A stretch of 64,000 nt of DNA from Candidatus Colwellbacteria bacterium CG10_big_fil_rev_8_21_14_0_10_41_28 (GCA_002773755.1 PFAG01000014.1:6634-70633); one strand, 5' to 3'; positions 7,723-19,405 are shown, numbered from the stretch's first letter. The notes: a model not told the origin generated them from the letters alone. Numbers and translations: made by a program.

Positions 7723-9816
7723 ATGGAAAGAAAATATCCTCTAGAAAAAGTTAGAAATATTGGAATTATTGCTCACATCGATGCGGGCAAGACAACCGTT
7801 ACAGAACGCGTCCTTTTTTACACCGGTATCTCACACAAAATAGGTGAGGTTCACGAAGGAGCTGCGGTCATGGACTGGATGGAGCAAGAGAGAGAGCGTG
7901 GTATAACCATAACCTCTGCGGCAACCACAACTTTTTGGGTTCCAACCTATGAAGATGGAAATAAGGAGAAAGAGCACAGAATTAACATAATCGACACGCC
8001 TGGGCACATCGACTTCACAGTAGAAGTTAAAAGATCTCTAAGAGTCCTAGACGGCGCTGTGGTGGTCTTTGATGGTGTTGCGGGGGTAGAACCTCAATCA
8101 GAGACAAACTGGCACTACGCAGACGAATATAAGGTTCCTAGAATATGTTTCATTAACAAACTGGATAGAACAGGAGCAAGCTTTGAAAAAAGCCTTCAAT
8201 CAATTAAAGATCGGCTAACAAGCAAAGCATATGCAATTCAGCTTCCAATAGGTCTCGAGGCAGACTTTGAGGGTGTAATTAATCTTCTTGAAAGAAGAGC
8301 CTATAAATTTGCTGGAGATATGGGTGAATTTCTTGAGCCAATGGAAATCCCCGAAGGCATGAAGGAGGAGGTTGAGAAGAGAAGAGCAGAGCTAGTTGAA
8401 GCAATAGCTGAAACAGATGATGCTTTGACTGAAAAGTTTCTTGAGGGTAAGGATATGGAGTTAGCTGAAATTAAGGAAGCTCTTAGGAAAGCAGTGCTCA
8501 ATGTCTCAATCGTTCCCGTATACTGTGGATCAGCTCTTAAAAACAAGGGCGTTCAACTGGTGCTAGATGCAGTTGTTGAATACCTTCCTTCACCACTCGA
8601 TATTCCTCCAGCGCCTGGGATTGATCCAAAGACAGAGGAGCCAATAACAAGAGGACCAAATGATGAACAGTTCGCCGCTTTAGCTTTTAAGGTAGCAAGC
8701 GATCCATACGTTGGAACCCTTACATACTTTAGGGTCTATTCCGGAAGTCTTGAAAAAGGAAGTTATATATACAACGCAACCAAGGAAACCCAAGAAAGAG
8801 TTGGAAGAATCCTTAGAATGCACGCAAATCACCGCGAGGAGGTTGATAAGATATTCGCTGGTGAAATTGGGGCTCTAGTTGGTCTTAAGGACACAACCAC
8901 GGGAGATTCTCTAACTGACCCAGATAGCCCTGTAATTCTTGAGAAGATGACCTTCCCAGAACCAGTTATTGAGCAGAAGATCACTCCAGCTACCAAGGCA
9001 GATCAAGAAAAGATGGGTATTGCTCTCAGAAAGCTCTCTGAAGAAGATCCAACCTTTAAGGTTAGCTCAGATCAAGAAACAGGAGAAACTCTTGTTGCTG
9101 GAATGGGAGAGCTTCATCTTGAAGTTATTGTAGACAGACTAAAACGTGAATTTAATGTTGAGGCCACAGTTGGTAGGCCTAGAGTTTCATACAGAGAGAC
9201 CATCACCAAAGCCGCTGAGGGAGAGGGAAAATATATCAGACAATCTGGTGGTCGTGGTCAATATGGACATGCCAAGCTCAGGATTAACCCAAGAGAGCAG
9301 GGTGAAGGTTTTGAATTCGTTAACTCGATTAAGGGTGGATCTATTCCACAAGAATTTATCCCAGCCGTTGAGAAGGGTGTTAGAGAAGCTCTTAACAAGG
9401 GTGTAATAGCTGGATATCAGCTAGTTGATATTGGAGTTGAACTATACGATGGAAGTTTCCATGAAGTTGACTCTGCGGAGGGAGCCTTTAAAATTGCCGG
9501 ATCGATGGCAGTTCAAGAAGCAGTTAAGGCAGCAGACCCAATTGTACTTGAGCCAATCATGAAGGTGCAGATTCTTACCCCTATGGAATTCTTTGGTGAT
9601 GTAACCGGAGACGTATCGAGTAAGAGGGGAAGAATTGAATCTATGGAAGACAGAGATACTATTAAGGTTGTAAATGCTATGATTCCATTATCAGAGATGT
9701 TCGGATACGCAACCAACTTACGTTCCATGACTCAAGGAAGAGGATCCTTCAGTATGGAATTCGCTCACTATGAACCTTTACCTAAGAACCTTGTGCAAGA
9801 GATTGCAGAAGGCTAG
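7723..9816 (+). CDS. fusA: elongation factor G
   Basis: G domain [21 protein letters not shown]; 697 aa; str operon position. Confidence 0.95.
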   Translation: MERKYPLEKVRNIGIIAHIDAGKTTVTERVLFYTGISHKIGEVHEGAAVMDWMEQERERGITITSAATTTFWVPTYEDGNKEKEHRINIIDTPGHIDFTVEVKRSLRVLDGAVVVFDGVAGVEPQSETNWHYADEYKVPRICFINKLDRTGASFEKSLQSIKDRLTSKAYAIQLPIGLEADFEGVINLLERRAYKFAGDMGEFLEPMEIPEGMKEEVEKRRAELVEAIAETDDALTEKFLEGKDMELAEIKEALRKAVLNVSIVPVYCGSALKNKGVQLVLDAVVEYLPSPLDIPPAPGIDPKTEEPITRGPNDEQFAALAFKVASDPYVGTLTYFRVYSGSLEKGSYIYNATKETQERVGRILRMHANHREEVDKIFAGEIGALVGLKDTTTGDSLTDPDSPVILEKMTFPEPVIEQKITPATKADQEKMGIALRKLSEEDPTFKVSSDQETGETLVAGMGELHLEVIVDRLKREFNVEATVGRPRVSYRETITKAAEGEGKYIRQSGGRGQYGHAKLRINPREQGEGFEFVNSIKGGSIPQEFIPAVEKGVREALNKGVIAGYQLVDIGVELYDGSFHEVDSAEGAFKIAGSMAVQEAVKAADPIVLEPIMKVQILTPMEFFGDVTGDVSSKRGRIESMEDRDTIKVVNAMIPLSEMFGYATNLRSMTQGRGSFSMEFAHYEPLPKNLVQEIAEG

Positions 9817-9823
9817 GATAGGG

Positions 9824-9852
9824 TTGACCCAAGTTCAATGGGTCTATAGAAT
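9824..9852 (+). promoter_or_regulatory. candidate tuf promoter TTGACC-17-TAGAAT
   Basis: Hexamers with 17-nt spacer 40 nt upstream of tuf ATG. Confidence 0.45.
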
Positions 9853-9891
9853 TTTGAAGGTCGAAAAAACAACATTCGTACGAATAAACAA

Positions 9892-11082
9892 ATGGCAGAA
9901 AAGTTTAATAGAGAAAAACCACACGTTAACGTTGGTACCATTGGTCATGTAGACCACGGTAAAACAACTTTGACTGCAGCCATCACACATGTCCTTGCAA
10001 AGAAAGGATTGGCCAAGGAGTCTCTCGTAGACGCAATCGACAAAGCTCCTGAAGAGAGAGCTAGAGGAATTACTATTGCTCTAGCACACATGGAGTATGA
10101 GTCAGAAAAGCGCCACTACGCACACATTGATGCTCCTGGTCACGCTGACTACATTAAAAACATGATTACTGGTGCCGCCCAGATGGACGGTGCAATTCTT
10201 GTTGTATCAGCAGCGGATGGACCTATGCCACAGACAAGAGAACACATTATTCTCGCCCGTCAGATTGGAGTTCCATCAATAATCGTATTCCTTAACAAGA
10301 CTGATCAGGTTGATGATCCTGAGCTTATTGATCTAGTTGAGGCAGAAGTCAGAGAGCTTCTAAGCAAATACGAATACCCGGGTGATGATGTCCCTGTAGT
10401 TAGAGGTTCAGCTCTTAAGGCTTTGGAATCAGAATCAATAGATAGTGAAGAGGCTAAGCCAATCTTAGATCTCATCAACTACATGGATGAATACATTCCA
10501 GAACCAGTCAGAGAGACTGATAAGCCATTCCTTATGCCCGTCGAAGACGTATTTACTATCGAGGGTAGGGGAACCGTTGTTACCGGTAGAATTGAAAGAG
10601 GTAGAGTTAAGGTCGGCGAGGAAATTGAGATCGTCGGAATTAAAGATACCCAGAAAACAACTGTTACTGGTGTAGAAATGTTCAACAAACAGCTAGACGA
10701 AGGTATCGCAGGAGATAACGTCGGTGTTCTTCTACGTGGTCTTAAGAAAGAAGACGTAGAGCGCGGACAAGTTCTTGCAGCCTCCGGGTCTGTTACTCCT
10801 CACACCGAATTCGAGGCAGAAGTATATCTTCTATCCAAGGAGGAAGGTGGTAGGCACACTCCAGTATTTCCTGGATATAAGCCACAGTTCTACATCAGAA
10901 CAACTGACGTAACAGGTGAAGTTACCTTGCCAGAAGGCACAGAGATGTCTATGCCAGGTGACACCGTAAACTTTAGTGTAAAGCTAATCCAGCCGATTGC
11001 TCTTGAAGAGAAGCAGAGGTTTGCTATCCGTGAGGGTGGTAAGACTGTAGGAGCTGGTGTTGTAACTAAGGTAATCAAATAA
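9892..11082 (+). CDS. tuf: elongation factor Tu
   Basis: [22 protein letters not shown]; 396 aa. Confidence 0.95.
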   Translation: MAEKFNREKPHVNVGTIGHVDHGKTTLTAAITHVLAKKGLAKESLVDAIDKAPEERARGITIALAHMEYESEKRHYAHIDAPGHADYIKNMITGAAQMDGAILVVSAADGPMPQTREHIILARQIGVPSIIVFLNKTDQVDDPELIDLVEAEVRELLSKYEYPGDDVPVVRGSALKALESESIDSEEAKPILDLINYMDEYIPEPVRETDKPFLMPVEDVFTIEGRGTVVTGRIERGRVKVGEEIEIVGIKDTQKTTVTGVEMFNKQLDEGIAGDNVGVLLRGLKKEDVERGQVLAASGSVTPHTEFEAEVYLLSKEEGGRHTPVFPGYKPQFYIRTTDVTGEVTLPEGTEMSMPGDTVNFSVKLIQPIALEEKQRFAIREGGKTVGAGVVTKVIK

Positions 11083-11092
11083 CTTCAAAGCA

Positions 11093-11422
11093 ATGGCCAA
11101 AAACGATGAAAACCAGAACAAGTTGAGACTAAGAGTAAAATCTTACGATCATCGTTTGCTTGATAAGTCCTGCGCACAAATCATTGAGGTTCTTGAACGC
11201 CAGAATGTTAAGGCAGTGGGTCCAATCCCACTTCCAACAGGATTCAAACGATATACTGTTAATCGTTCAACCTTTGTTCACAAAGATGCACGAGAGCAGT
11301 TCGAACTTCGTGTTCATAAGCGTTTGATAGACATTCTTAAGCCATCACCAAAGATCATTGAATCTTTGAGTGACTTGAACCTCCCAGCAGGAGTAGAAGT
11401 TGAAATAAAAACAGCCGGCTAA
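11093..11422 (+). CDS. rpsJ: 30S ribosomal protein S10
   Basis: KLRLRVKSYDHRLLD.. S10 family. Confidence 0.9.
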   Translation: MAKNDENQNKLRLRVKSYDHRLLDKSCAQIIEVLERQNVKAVGPIPLPTGFKRYTVNRSTFVHKDAREQFELRVHKRLIDILKPSPKIIESLSDLNLPAGVEVEIKTAG

Positions 11423-11441
11423 CTCTGGTCGACTGTAGATG

Positions 11442-11482
11442 CACAAAGCCTCGCCTTTTACGGCGGGGCTTTGTGTTTCTGC
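11442..11482 (+). terminator. intrinsic terminator after rpsJ
   Basis: CACAAAGCCTCGCC TTTTAC GGCGGGGCTTTGTG then TTTCTGCT. Confidence 0.55.
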
Positions 11483-11600
11483 TCAACTTGAAGCCCAATT
11501 CTAGGGATGGGTAGAGCATCCTATAACTTCCAGTTTTGATGAATTGGAGATAGTCACAATTAATTAGGGTTTATGTCAATAAAACAGAGTAGGGAAGTAT

Positions 11601-11629
11601 TGGACAATACAATCGACCTATTGTAATAT
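11601..11629 (+). promoter_or_regulatory. candidate promoter for rplC operon (TGGACA-17-TGnTAATAT) with ~60-nt hairpin-containing leader
   Basis: Hexamers at 11601 and 11624; leader has two small stem-loops each followed by U-run. Confidence 0.4.
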
Positions 11630-11689
11630 AAGCATCGCCTGTATTTAGGCGGTTTTACTTATTAAGGCCAGGTAAATGGCCCGTTTAAT

Positions 11690-12112
11690 ATGACCCAATT
11701 AGAAGGTAAAAAAATAAAGATGGGACAGATTTTCCATGAGGAAAATGTTGTTCCAGTAACCTTTGTAAAGCTTGCAGAAAAGCCTGATTTTGATATCGAG
11801 ATTGGAGCTAAGGTAAAAGTATCTGGTCTAAGTAAAGGAAGAGGTTTTCAGGGTGTAGTTAAGAGATATAACTTCAGGGGTTCTCCTAAGTCACATGGAA
11901 CTAAACACACCTTAAGGACTGGTGGATCAATTGGAGCCACTGGCCCACAAAGAGTGCTTCCTGGACAGAAAATGCCCGGCAGGATGGGAAACACAAAAGT
12001 TAATCTTAAGAATCTTGAGATTGCAGGATACGAGAAGGATCAAGGCCTTCTACTTATAAAAGGAGCTCTTCCTGGGGCTAAAGGATCAAAGGTAAGTATA
12101 TTCATTAAATAA
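11690..12112 (+). CDS. rplC: 50S ribosomal protein L3 (short form)
   Basis: GRGFQGVVKRYNF..SHG..HR.GSIG..PQRV.PG.KMPGRMG L3 core; only 140 aa. Confidence 0.8.
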   Translation: MTQLEGKKIKMGQIFHEENVVPVTFVKLAEKPDFDIEIGAKVKVSGLSKGRGFQGVVKRYNFRGSPKSHGTKHTLRTGGSIGATGPQRVLPGQKMPGRMGNTKVNLKNLEIAGYEKDQGLLLIKGALPGAKGSKVSIFIK

Positions 12113-12114
12113 TC

Positions 12115-12747
12115 ATGAAAGCCGATCTATACAACATAAAAGGAGATAAGGCTGGCTCAGTAGAGTTAGTTGAGCGTATCTTCGCTGAGCGTTGGAGTCC
12201 GAACCTCGTTCATATGGCCCTAAGAACCCAGGAGACAAATAAGAGAGAGAATTTTGCTCATACTAAGGATAGAAGTGCTGTCAGCGGTGGAGGAAGAAAA
12301 CCTTGGAGACAGAAGGGTACTGGTAGGGCTCGTCATGGATCAACCAGATCTCCAATCTGGGTAGGAGGAGGAGTAACTCACGGACCTCTTTCTGATAAGA
12401 AGTATTCTCTAAAGATAAACAAGAAAGCTAGACAAAAAGCCTTCTTCTCAATTCTTGCAAGAAGATTTAAGGACGGGGAGATTAAGATAGTTGAAAAAGT
12501 TTCTATAGATGAGCCAAAAACAAGACTCTTACTGGAAGCGTTAGAGATTTTTTCAAAGGATCTTAATGTACTGGTAATCGTTTCGGGAGAGCATAAGGAT
12601 GTTCATGCTGCTAGCAGAAACCTTAATAGGGTGAAGATAATGGATGCTAGGGGCTTGAATGTATATGATCTTTTGAGATATAAGACGATCTTGATCGAAA
12701 AAGATGCCGTAGACGAAATTAATACTCACTACAATGCAATCAAGTGA
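12115..12747 (+). CDS. rplD: 50S ribosomal protein L4
   Basis: GGGRKPWRQKGTGRARHGS.. L4 motif. Confidence 0.85.
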   Translation: MKADLYNIKGDKAGSVELVERIFAERWSPNLVHMALRTQETNKRENFAHTKDRSAVSGGGRKPWRQKGTGRARHGSTRSPIWVGGGVTHGPLSDKKYSLKINKKARQKAFFSILARRFKDGEIKIVEKVSIDEPKTRLLLEALEIFSKDLNVLVIVSGEHKDVHAASRNLNRVKIMDARGLNVYDLLRYKTILIEKDAVDEINTHYNAIK

Positions 12748-12988
12748 TCTTATAATTAAAAACCCTTTCATCAGCGAAAAGGCCACTGATCTCGCAGGCC
12801 TTAACAAGTACGTCTTTGAGGTACACAAGGATGCTAATAAAAAGCAGGTTGAGGAGGTTATTGAAGGAATCTACAAAGTAGATGTTGTTAAGGTGAATAT
12901 CATTAGAAATCGAAACAGAAAGGATTCATTCAAGAAAGCAATTGTAACCCTTAAGGATGGGCAAACCATTGATGTAGTCCCACACTAA
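12734..12988 (+). CDS. rplW: 50S ribosomal protein L23
   Basis: L23 family; operon position between L4 and L2. Confidence 0.85.
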   Translation: MQSSDLIIKNPFISEKATDLAGLNKYVFEVHKDANKKQVEEVIEGIYKVDVVKVNIIRNRNRKDSFKKAIVTLKDGQTIDVVPH

Positions 12989-12990
12989 AC

Positions 12991-13833
12991 ATGAAAAAGT
13001 ATAAACCATATACAGCTAGTAGAAGGCATATGTCCGTAGTGGAATACGGCTCTTTAAGTAAGGATAAGCCAATGAAGTCTGCTCTTAAGAAAATCCACAA
13101 GAAAGCTGGACGAAATAATCTTGGACGAATAACAACCAGACATAAAGGAGGTGGAGTTAAAAGACGATACAGAGATATAGACTTTAAACGTGATAAACAT
13201 GGTGTTGAGGGGAGAATTGAAGGCTTAGAATACGATCCATACAGAAGTGCTTTTATAATGAAAGTTGTATACCTAGATGGTGAAAGGAGATATCATCTTG
13301 CGCACGCTGGAGCTAAAGTTGCTGAAAAGATAGTTTCTGGGCCAGAAGCTCCGCTAAAAGAAGGAAACAGGATGCCCCTATTAAAAGTTCCAGTTGGATA
13401 TGAAATTCATGATCTAGAGCTAAAACCGGGTGGAGGTGGAAAGATAATTAGAAGCGCAGGAAGTTCAGCTCAAGTATTGAGTCATGATGGTAAATATAGT
13501 CAAATTAAGTTACCCTCAACCGAGGTTAGAAAAGTTATATCAACCAGCTATGGTACAGTTGGCCAGGTTTCAAATCCAGACCATGGTCTAACGGTAATCG
13601 GAAAAGCTGGTAGAAAGCGTAAGATGGGCGTAAGGCCAACAGTTAGAGGAACTGCTATGAACGCAGTAGACCACCCATTTGGAGGTGGTGAGGGTCGTCA
13701 GCCAATGGGTCGAAAGAGACCTAAAGATGTATACGGCAATGTAATTAAGGGGCCAAAGACAAGAAAGAAGAAAAAGTGGTCCACAAAACTAATTGTTAAG
13801 CGTCGCGCCAAGAGAAAAAGAGGTAAGAAATAA
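12991..13833 (+). CDS. rplB: 50S ribosomal protein L2
   Basis: L2 family motifs; 280 aa. Confidence 0.95.
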   Translation: MKKYKPYTASRRHMSVVEYGSLSKDKPMKSALKKIHKKAGRNNLGRITTRHKGGGVKRRYRDIDFKRDKHGVEGRIEGLEYDPYRSAFIMKVVYLDGERRYHLAHAGAKVAEKIVSGPEAPLKEGNRMPLLKVPVGYEIHDLELKPGGGGKIIRSAGSSAQVLSHDGKYSQIKLPSTEVRKVISTSYGTVGQVSNPDHGLTVIGKAGRKRKMGVRPTVRGTAMNAVDHPFGGGEGRQPMGRKRPKDVYGNVIKGPKTRKKKKWSTKLIVKRRAKRKRGKK

Positions 13834-13835
13834 AT

Positions 13836-14123
13836 ATGAGTAGAAGTGCAAAAAAAGGTCCATTCGTGGATGAAAAGTTAATGAAGAAGATCGAGAAGGG
13901 TACGCCCGACGGAAAGACGGTTATTAAAACATGGGCACGTGCATCTTCAATCTCACCCGAGATGGTTGGATACAAACTTGGCGTACACAATGGAAGAGAA
14001 TTCATAGAAGTTTTGATATCGGAAGATATGGTTGGACATAAAGTTGGAGAATTTGCTCCAACTAGAAAATTTGCTAGACATGGTGGAAAGATTCAGAAAG
14101 AGATTGAAAAACAAGCTGCTTAA
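13836..14123 (+). CDS. rpsS: 30S ribosomal protein S19
   Basis: [12 protein letters not shown].. S19. Confidence 0.9.
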   Translation: MSRSAKKGPFVDEKLMKKIEKGTPDGKTVIKTWARASSISPEMVGYKLGVHNGREFIEVLISEDMVGHKVGEFAPTRKFARHGGKIQKEIEKQAA

Positions 14124-14132
14124 TAAGTAAAC

Positions 14133-14675
14133 ATGGCAAAAGCAACAACACAATTAAAAGAGGAGAGATCAGCAAGGGCATCTTTGCGTAATCTGAACGT
14201 ATCTCCTAGAAAAACCAGACTAGTGGTTGATTTGGTACGTGGATTAAGTGTCCCTGAAGCTATTGTTCAACTCCAAGTAATTAATAAGAGGGCTTCTGAG
14301 CCGGTTGAGAAGCTAATAAGATCTGCTGTTGCGAATGCCAGAGAAATGGGCCTTAACCAAGGGAAATTAATGATTGACCACATCTCTGTAGACAAAGGGA
14401 GGTCATTAAGGAGAGCAAGATTCCATGGTCGAGGTAGGGTGGGTATTATCCAAAAAGAACAATCTCACATAAATCTTGTTATTAAGGAGTCAGACAAAGT
14501 TAAAGAGGTAGATTTTGTGCTCCCAGTTAAAGAGAAGAAGGTTATCTCTTCAGCTCCGGCTCCAGTCAAAGATGACAATAAGCCAAAATCAGAGAAGGAT
14601 GATACAGAGAAGAAGATCAAGAAGAACAAAGATAAAGGTTTTGTAGATAAATTCTTTAGAAGAAAAGCTATCTAA
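14133..14675 (+). CDS. rplV: 50S ribosomal protein L22 with ~70-aa Lys/Asp-rich C-terminal extension
   Basis: L22 core (VSPRKTRLVVDLVRG..) then low-complexity basic/acidic tail. Confidence 0.85.
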   Translation: MAKATTQLKEERSARASLRNLNVSPRKTRLVVDLVRGLSVPEAIVQLQVINKRASEPVEKLIRSAVANAREMGLNQGKLMIDHISVDKGRSLRRARFHGRGRVGIIQKEQSHINLVIKESDKVKEVDFVLPVKEKKVISSAPAPVKDDNKPKSEKDDTEKKIKKNKDKGFVDKFFRRKAI

Positions 14676-14676
14676 T

Positions 14677-15333
14677 ATGTCTAAGAAAGTAAATCCAATT
14701 TCATACAGATTAGGGATAAACAAAAACTGGTTGTCCCGATGGATGCCTCCAAAAGGAGAGTTTGGTAAGTATCTTAAAGAAGACCAAGCTATAAGGGAGG
14801 TTATTAAAGAGCGCCTCGTTAGAGCTGGCGTGGCTAATGTGCAGATAGAAAGAACTCCAGATAGCTACAAGATAACCATCAAGGCAGCTAGACCAGGTAT
14901 CATAATTGGTCGTGGTGGAAAGGGGATAGAAGATTTAATCAAAGATATCCAGAAGGCTATTAAATCAAAGCCTCAGATCAATCTTAATGTTGAAGAGGTA
15001 AGAAGAACTGAGGTATCAGCTCCAGTGATGGCTAAAAACATCGCTTGGGATCTTGAGAGAAGGATGAGATATAGAAGGGTGCTCAAGAGACATCTTGATA
15101 TTGCTATGCAAAACAGAGAGATACAAGGAGCTAAGATCATGCTCGCAGGAAGATTAAACGGTGCTGAGATTGCAAGAAAAGAGCACCTTATGAAGGGAAA
15201 ACTTCCTTTAACAACCATCAGGGCCAATATCGATTATGGAGAGACAACTGCTGCAACCACATACGGATCAATCGGTATAAAGGTGTGGCTATACAAAGGT
15301 CAGATATTCGACGATAAAGAAAAAATAGTTTAA
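14677..15333 (+). CDS. rpsC: 30S ribosomal protein S3
   Basis: KH domain S3 sequence. Confidence 0.9.
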   Translation: MSKKVNPISYRLGINKNWLSRWMPPKGEFGKYLKEDQAIREVIKERLVRAGVANVQIERTPDSYKITIKAARPGIIIGRGGKGIEDLIKDIQKAIKSKPQINLNVEEVRRTEVSAPVMAKNIAWDLERRMRYRRVLKRHLDIAMQNREIQGAKIMLAGRLNGAEIARKEHLMKGKLPLTTIRANIDYGETTAATTYGSIGIKVWLYKGQIFDDKEKIV

Positions 15334-15338
15334 CTACC

Positions 15339-15755
15339 ATGCTTTTAATGCCTAAAAAAGTAAAACACAGAAAGTGGCACAAGGGCCGCTCTCGAAAGCG
15401 TGAGGTTGAAACAAGAGGAACAGACCTTAGCTACGGTGATTTTGGTGTTAAATCTCTTGGATCAGCTTGGTTAAATTCTCGTCAGATAGAAGCCGGCAGA
15501 AGATCAATAACAAACCATCTTAAGCGTGAGGGTCGTGTTTGGATCAGAGTGTTTCCAGATAAACCAATAACAAGGAAGGCCGCCGAAGTAGGTATGGGTA
15601 AAGGAAAAGGATCAGTAGATCATTATGTTTTTCCAGTTAAACCAGGAAGGATAATCTATGAAGTTGGTGGTGTTCCTGAGGATAAGGCAAAAGAGGCCCT
15701 TAGAAAGGCTGGTCACAAGTTGCCGTTTAAGACAAGATTTGTTACAAAAGATTAG
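15339..15755 (+). CDS. rplP: 50S ribosomal protein L16
   Basis: [12 protein letters not shown].. L16. Confidence 0.9.
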   Translation: MLLMPKKVKHRKWHKGRSRKREVETRGTDLSYGDFGVKSLGSAWLNSRQIEAGRRSITNHLKREGRVWIRVFPDKPITRKAAEVGMGKGKGSVDHYVFPVKPGRIIYEVGGVPEDKAKEALRKAGHKLPFKTRFVTKD

Positions 15756-15763
15756 TTTCGATC

Positions 15764-15976
15764 ATGAAAAAGACAGATGTCAAAAAATTAGCAAAGAAAA
15801 CTACAGCAGATCTCAAGAAGGATCTACTTAGTTCACAATCAGAACTTCGTCAGCTTCGATCAGACTTAGCTATGGGTAAAGTAAAGAATGCTGATAAAGC
15901 TAAAGAGGTTAGAAAAAAGATAGCTAGAATTATGACTTTCATGAATCAACAAAAGGAAATATCGAAAAATGGATAA
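15764..15976 (+). CDS. rpmC: 50S ribosomal protein L29
   Basis: 70-aa helical protein in L16-L29-S17 position. Confidence 0.8.
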   Translation: MKKTDVKKLAKKTTADLKKDLLSSQSELRQLRSDLAMGKVKNADKAKEVRKKIARIMTFMNQQKEISKNG

Positions 15977-16271
15977 GGAAAAGATAACAAGAAAACTGAA
16001 GGGTATTATTAAGTCTGACAAGATGGATAAAACTGTTGTTGTTACAGTAACCACCAGAAAGAAGCACCCTAAATATCATAAATACTTTAGCTCATCAAAG
16101 AATTTCAAAGCTCATGATGAGAACAACCAATACAAAGAGGGTGATAGTGTTGTAATAGCCGAAACGAGACCCCTATCAAAAGAAAAGAGATGGGAGGTTA
16201 TTGAAATGATTAAAGAGAGTGCTCAAGAGACACCAGAAGAAGAAACACCAGAAGAAGAAACAGAATCATGA
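15969..16271 (+). CDS. rpsQ: 30S ribosomal protein S17 with acidic PEEET repeat tail
   Basis: S17 core ([16 protein letters not shown]..), C-terminal [14 protein letters not shown]. Confidence 0.85.
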   Translation: MDKEKITRKLKGIIKSDKMDKTVVVTVTTRKKHPKYHKYFSSSKNFKAHDENNQYKEGDSVVIAETRPLSKEKRWEVIEMIKESAQETPEEETPEEETES

Positions 16272-16639
16272 TACAAGAAGGAAGTTTATTAAAAATTGCA
16301 GATAACTCAGGCGCCAAACTAGTGCGTTGTTTCAGAGTTCTTGGGGGGAGCAGAAGAAGATATGCAAGAATAGGCGATCTTATAGTTGTTTCAGTAAGAA
16401 GTGCAGAGCCAAGAAAACAGATTAAGAAGAAGGATATTGTTACAGCAGTTGTGGTTAGAGTAAAAGCCCCAACCAGAAGGAAAGATGGCACATACATCAG
16501 ATTTGATGAGAATGCAGCTGTTATTATCGATAAAGAGAAAAAGGAGCCAAAGGGAACAAGAATCTTCGGTCCAATTCCAAGAGAGATTAAAGACAAGGGT
16601 TTTACAAAAATAGCCTCAATGGCTCAAGAAGTTGTATAA
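16268..16639 (+). CDS. rplN: 50S ribosomal protein L14
   Basis: [17 protein letters not shown].. L14. Confidence 0.9.
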   Translation: MIQEGSLLKIADNSGAKLVRCFRVLGGSRRRYARIGDLIVVSVRSAEPRKQIKKKDIVTAVVVRVKAPTRRKDGTYIRFDENAAVIIDKEKKEPKGTRIFGPIPREIKDKGFTKIASMAQEVV

Positions 16640-16955
16640 ATCTATGAAAATGAAAGTCAAAAAAGGAGATAAGGTTCAGATGCTTTCCGGAAAGGATAGA
16701 GGTAAGGCTGGCAAGATTATTAAAGTATTCCCTAAAGAAGGTAGGGTTGTTGTTGAAGATCTCAATTTAATCAAAAAGACTGTTAGGCCCAAGAAGCAAG
16801 GAGAGAAGGGGCAGATCGTTTCAATTCCATCAGCAGTTAGAATAGATAACGTTGGTTTCGTTTGTCCTAAGTGTAGTAAGCCAACCAGACTAGGAAACAA
16901 AACAGACGGAAAAGTAAAAGAAAGATATTGTAAAAAATGCAAGGCAACCGTTTAG
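16632..16955 (+). CDS. rplX: 50S ribosomal protein L24 with C-terminal CxxC..CxxC zinc ribbon
   Basis: KOW motif [18 protein letters not shown]; C-terminal CPKC..CKKC. Confidence 0.8.
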   Translation: MYKSMKMKVKKGDKVQMLSGKDRGKAGKIIKVFPKEGRVVVEDLNLIKKTVRPKKQGEKGQIVSIPSAVRIDNVGFVCPKCSKPTRLGNKTDGKVKERYCKKCKATV

Positions 16956-17443
16956 AAAAAATTGTAGTAGCAACAGGGGTTGGAAGATTGCGTCAGCAAC
17001 AGCAATTTGATTCTTCAATATACCCTGAAATAATCGAGGGTCTTGAGACAATAACTGGTCAAAAACCCTCACCAAGACCAGCTCGTAAATCTATCGCTGC
17101 CTTCAAACTTAGAGAGGGAAATATTGTAGGACTTAAGGTAACCCTAAGAGGAAAAAGAATGCGAGACTTCTTTAATAAGGTTGTTAACGTGGCTTTGCCG
17201 CGTGTTAGAGACTTTAGGGGTATAGATCCTAAGCAAATCGATAGAGAAGGGAATTTGACAATAGGCTTCAGAGACAATACCGTTTTCCCAGAGGTTTCAC
17301 CCGAAGATACCAAAAGAGCTTTCGGTTTCCAAGTAACCCTAGTTTCAGATGCGAAGGATTGGGACGAGGCCTACGACTTCTATAAGAGTCTAGGAGTTCC
17401 ACTCCAAGAGAAACCAGAGAAGGCTACTAAGAAGAAAAAATAG
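16937..17443 (+). CDS. rplE: 50S ribosomal protein L5
   Basis: L5 family sequence. Confidence 0.9.
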   Translation: MQGNRLEKIVVATGVGRLRQQQQFDSSIYPEIIEGLETITGQKPSPRPARKSIAAFKLREGNIVGLKVTLRGKRMRDFFNKVVNVALPRVRDFRGIDPKQIDREGNLTIGFRDNTVFPEVSPEDTKRAFGFQVTLVSDAKDWDEAYDFYKSLGVPLQEKPEKATKKKK

Positions 17444-17445
17444 AT

Positions 17446-17631
17446 ATGGCAAGGAAAGCATTAATCATAAAATCGAATAAGAAGCCAAAATTCTCCAGCA
17501 GAATAGTTAGAAGGTGTTTTAAGTGTGGCAGGAGAAGGGGCTATATGAGAGATTTTGATCTTTGCAGAATCTGTTTCAGAGAGCTTGCTAGCAAAGGAGA
17601 GATCCCTGGAGTAAAGAAAGCATCTTGGTAA
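17446..17631 (+). CDS. rpsZ: 30S ribosomal protein S14 type Z (zinc-binding)
   Basis: 61 aa, [23 protein letters not shown]. Confidence 0.9.
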   Translation: MARKALIIKSNKKPKFSSRIVRRCFKCGRRRGYMRDFDLCRICFRELASKGEIPGVKKASW

Positions 17632-17632
17632 T

Positions 17633-18022
17633 ATGTATCACGACACACTAACAAGAATTAAAAACAGTTTAGCTAGAGGCCAGAGAAGGCTTAAGGTTCC
17701 ATACACAAGGTTTGATATGGATGTATTAGAGACTCTAGTTAAGGCGGGATACATTGAATCAGTTGAGAGAAAGGGAAGGGGGCTTAAAAGGGTTATAGAT
17801 ATCAAGCTTAAATACAATGACAAAAATTCTAAAGAGCCTTCAATCCTTGGAGTTAAGTTTATTAGTAAGCCATCAAGAAGGATGTATGTAGGATATGATG
17901 ATATTAAGAAATCCCACGATGGTTATGGACACTTCATCGTTAGCACTCCAAAAGGAGTCATGAATGGATATGAGGCTAGGAAGAATAAAGTGGGCGGACA
18001 AATATTATTTGAAATTTGGTAA
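17633..18022 (+). CDS. rpsH: 30S ribosomal protein S8
   Basis: S8 family sequence. Confidence 0.9.
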   Translation: MYHDTLTRIKNSLARGQRRLKVPYTRFDMDVLETLVKAGYIESVERKGRGLKRVIDIKLKYNDKNSKEPSILGVKFISKPSRRMYVGYDDIKKSHDGYGHFIVSTPKGVMNGYEARKNKVGGQILFEIW

Positions 18023-18570
18023 TCATGAGTAAGATAGGAAAAAAACCAATCGATATTCCAGAGGGAGTTGAGATAAAGATAGAGAAAGACAAGGTCCAGA
18101 TAAAGGGGCCTAATGCTACATTAGAGGTTCCTACTCTTATAGGAATAGAAATAAAGGAGGAAGATAATCAGATTATCTTCACTCCAAGGAATTCAACAAA
18201 GCAAACAGTTAGTAACTGGGGGACCTTAAGAGCCTTAGTTCAGAATGCCGTAGATGGTTCTAAGCAGGACTTTAGTAAAAAACTATTAATCGAAGGAGTT
18301 GGATATAGGGCTACTATGGAGGGGAAAAACCTCTTACTTAATCTTGGTTTTTCACATCCAATTAAGTTTGAGTCACCAGAGAACGTAAAAGTTGAGGTAG
18401 ATGGGAATGCAATAACAATTTCTGGACCAGAGAAGGCCTTAGTTGGTGAGGTGGCAGCAAACATTAGAAAGTTCCGCAAGCCTGAACCATATAAAGGAAA
18501 GGGTATCAGATATGAAGGAGAGATTGTTCGCAGAAAGGCTGGTAAGAAAGCTGTAGGATCAGGATCATAA
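18016..18570 (+). CDS. rplF: 50S ribosomal protein L6
   Basis: L6 two-domain sequence. Confidence 0.85.
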   Translation: MVIMSKIGKKPIDIPEGVEIKIEKDKVQIKGPNATLEVPTLIGIEIKEEDNQIIFTPRNSTKQTVSNWGTLRALVQNAVDGSKQDFSKKLLIEGVGYRATMEGKNLLLNLGFSHPIKFESPENVKVEVDGNAITISGPEKALVGEVAANIRKFRKPEPYKGKGIRYEGEIVRRKAGKKAVGSGS

Positions 18571-18574
18571 AAAC

Positions 18575-18922
18575 ATGAATAGAGAACAGAAAAAAACACA
18601 ATTGAATAGATTCCTTAGGTCAAGAAGGACCAGAGCCAAAGTCATGGGCACTAAAGAGCGTCCAAGAATCTCTGTATATAAGAGCAATAGGTCTTTAGAG
18701 GTTCAATTAATTGATGACACGGAAGGGAAGACTTTAGTTCATGTTAAAAATGATGATAGCGGGACAAAGTCAGAGCAGGCCACCAAAGTTGGTCAGGAGC
18801 TAGCCAAAAAAGCTCTTGATGCTGGTGTAAAGAAGGCAATTTTCGACAAGAGAAGCTATAAATATCACGGTAGAGTAAAGGCTGTAGCCGAGGCAGCAAG
18901 AGAAGCAGGATTAGATTTCTAA
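18575..18922 (+). CDS. rplR: 50S ribosomal protein L18
   Basis: L18 family; position after L6. Confidence 0.85.
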   Translation: MNREQKKTQLNRFLRSRRTRAKVMGTKERPRISVYKSNRSLEVQLIDDTEGKTLVHVKNDDSGTKSEQATKVGQELAKKALDAGVKKAIFDKRSYKYHGRVKAVAEAAREAGLDF

Positions 18923-18923
18923 T

Positions 18924-19403
18924 ATGGTATATAAACCCCAAAAAAAATCAGATAGAAGAGAAAAGAAAGCTGTTAGTGAGTTTACAGAACAGGTTATTGA
19001 TCTTAGGCGTGTAACTCGTGTTATGGCTGGAGGTAAAAGATTTCGTTTCAGAGCAACGATAGTTCTTGGCGATCAGAAGGGAAGGGTTGGCGTTGGCATA
19101 GGAAAGGGTGTTGATGTTGAAGGAGCAATTAGCAAAGCAAAGACACAGGCCAAAAATGATATGATCAGGGTCCAAATTAAGGATGAAACAATTGCGCACA
19201 AGGTAGAGGCTAAATATTCAGCTGCCAAGGTGTTAGTTAAACCAGCTACTCAAGGACATGGTCTTTTAGCAGGAGGTTCTCCTCGAGTTGTGTTGAGACT
19301 TGCAGGTGTTCAGAATGCAACAGCAAAGTGTTTGAGTAATACAACAAATAAGTTAACCAATGCTCTTGCGACCATAGAGGCATTAAAGAAATTAAAAGCT
19401 TAA
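18924..19403 (+). CDS. rpsE: 30S ribosomal protein S5
   Basis: S5 dsRBD + C-terminal domain. Confidence 0.9.
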   Translation: MVYKPQKKSDRREKKAVSEFTEQVIDLRRVTRVMAGGKRFRFRATIVLGDQKGRVGVGIGKGVDVEGAISKAKTQAKNDMIRVQIKDETIAHKVEAKYSAAKVLVKPATQGHGLLAGGSPRVVLRLAGVQNATAKCLSNTTNKLTNALATIEALKKLKA

Positions 19404-19405
19404 TC

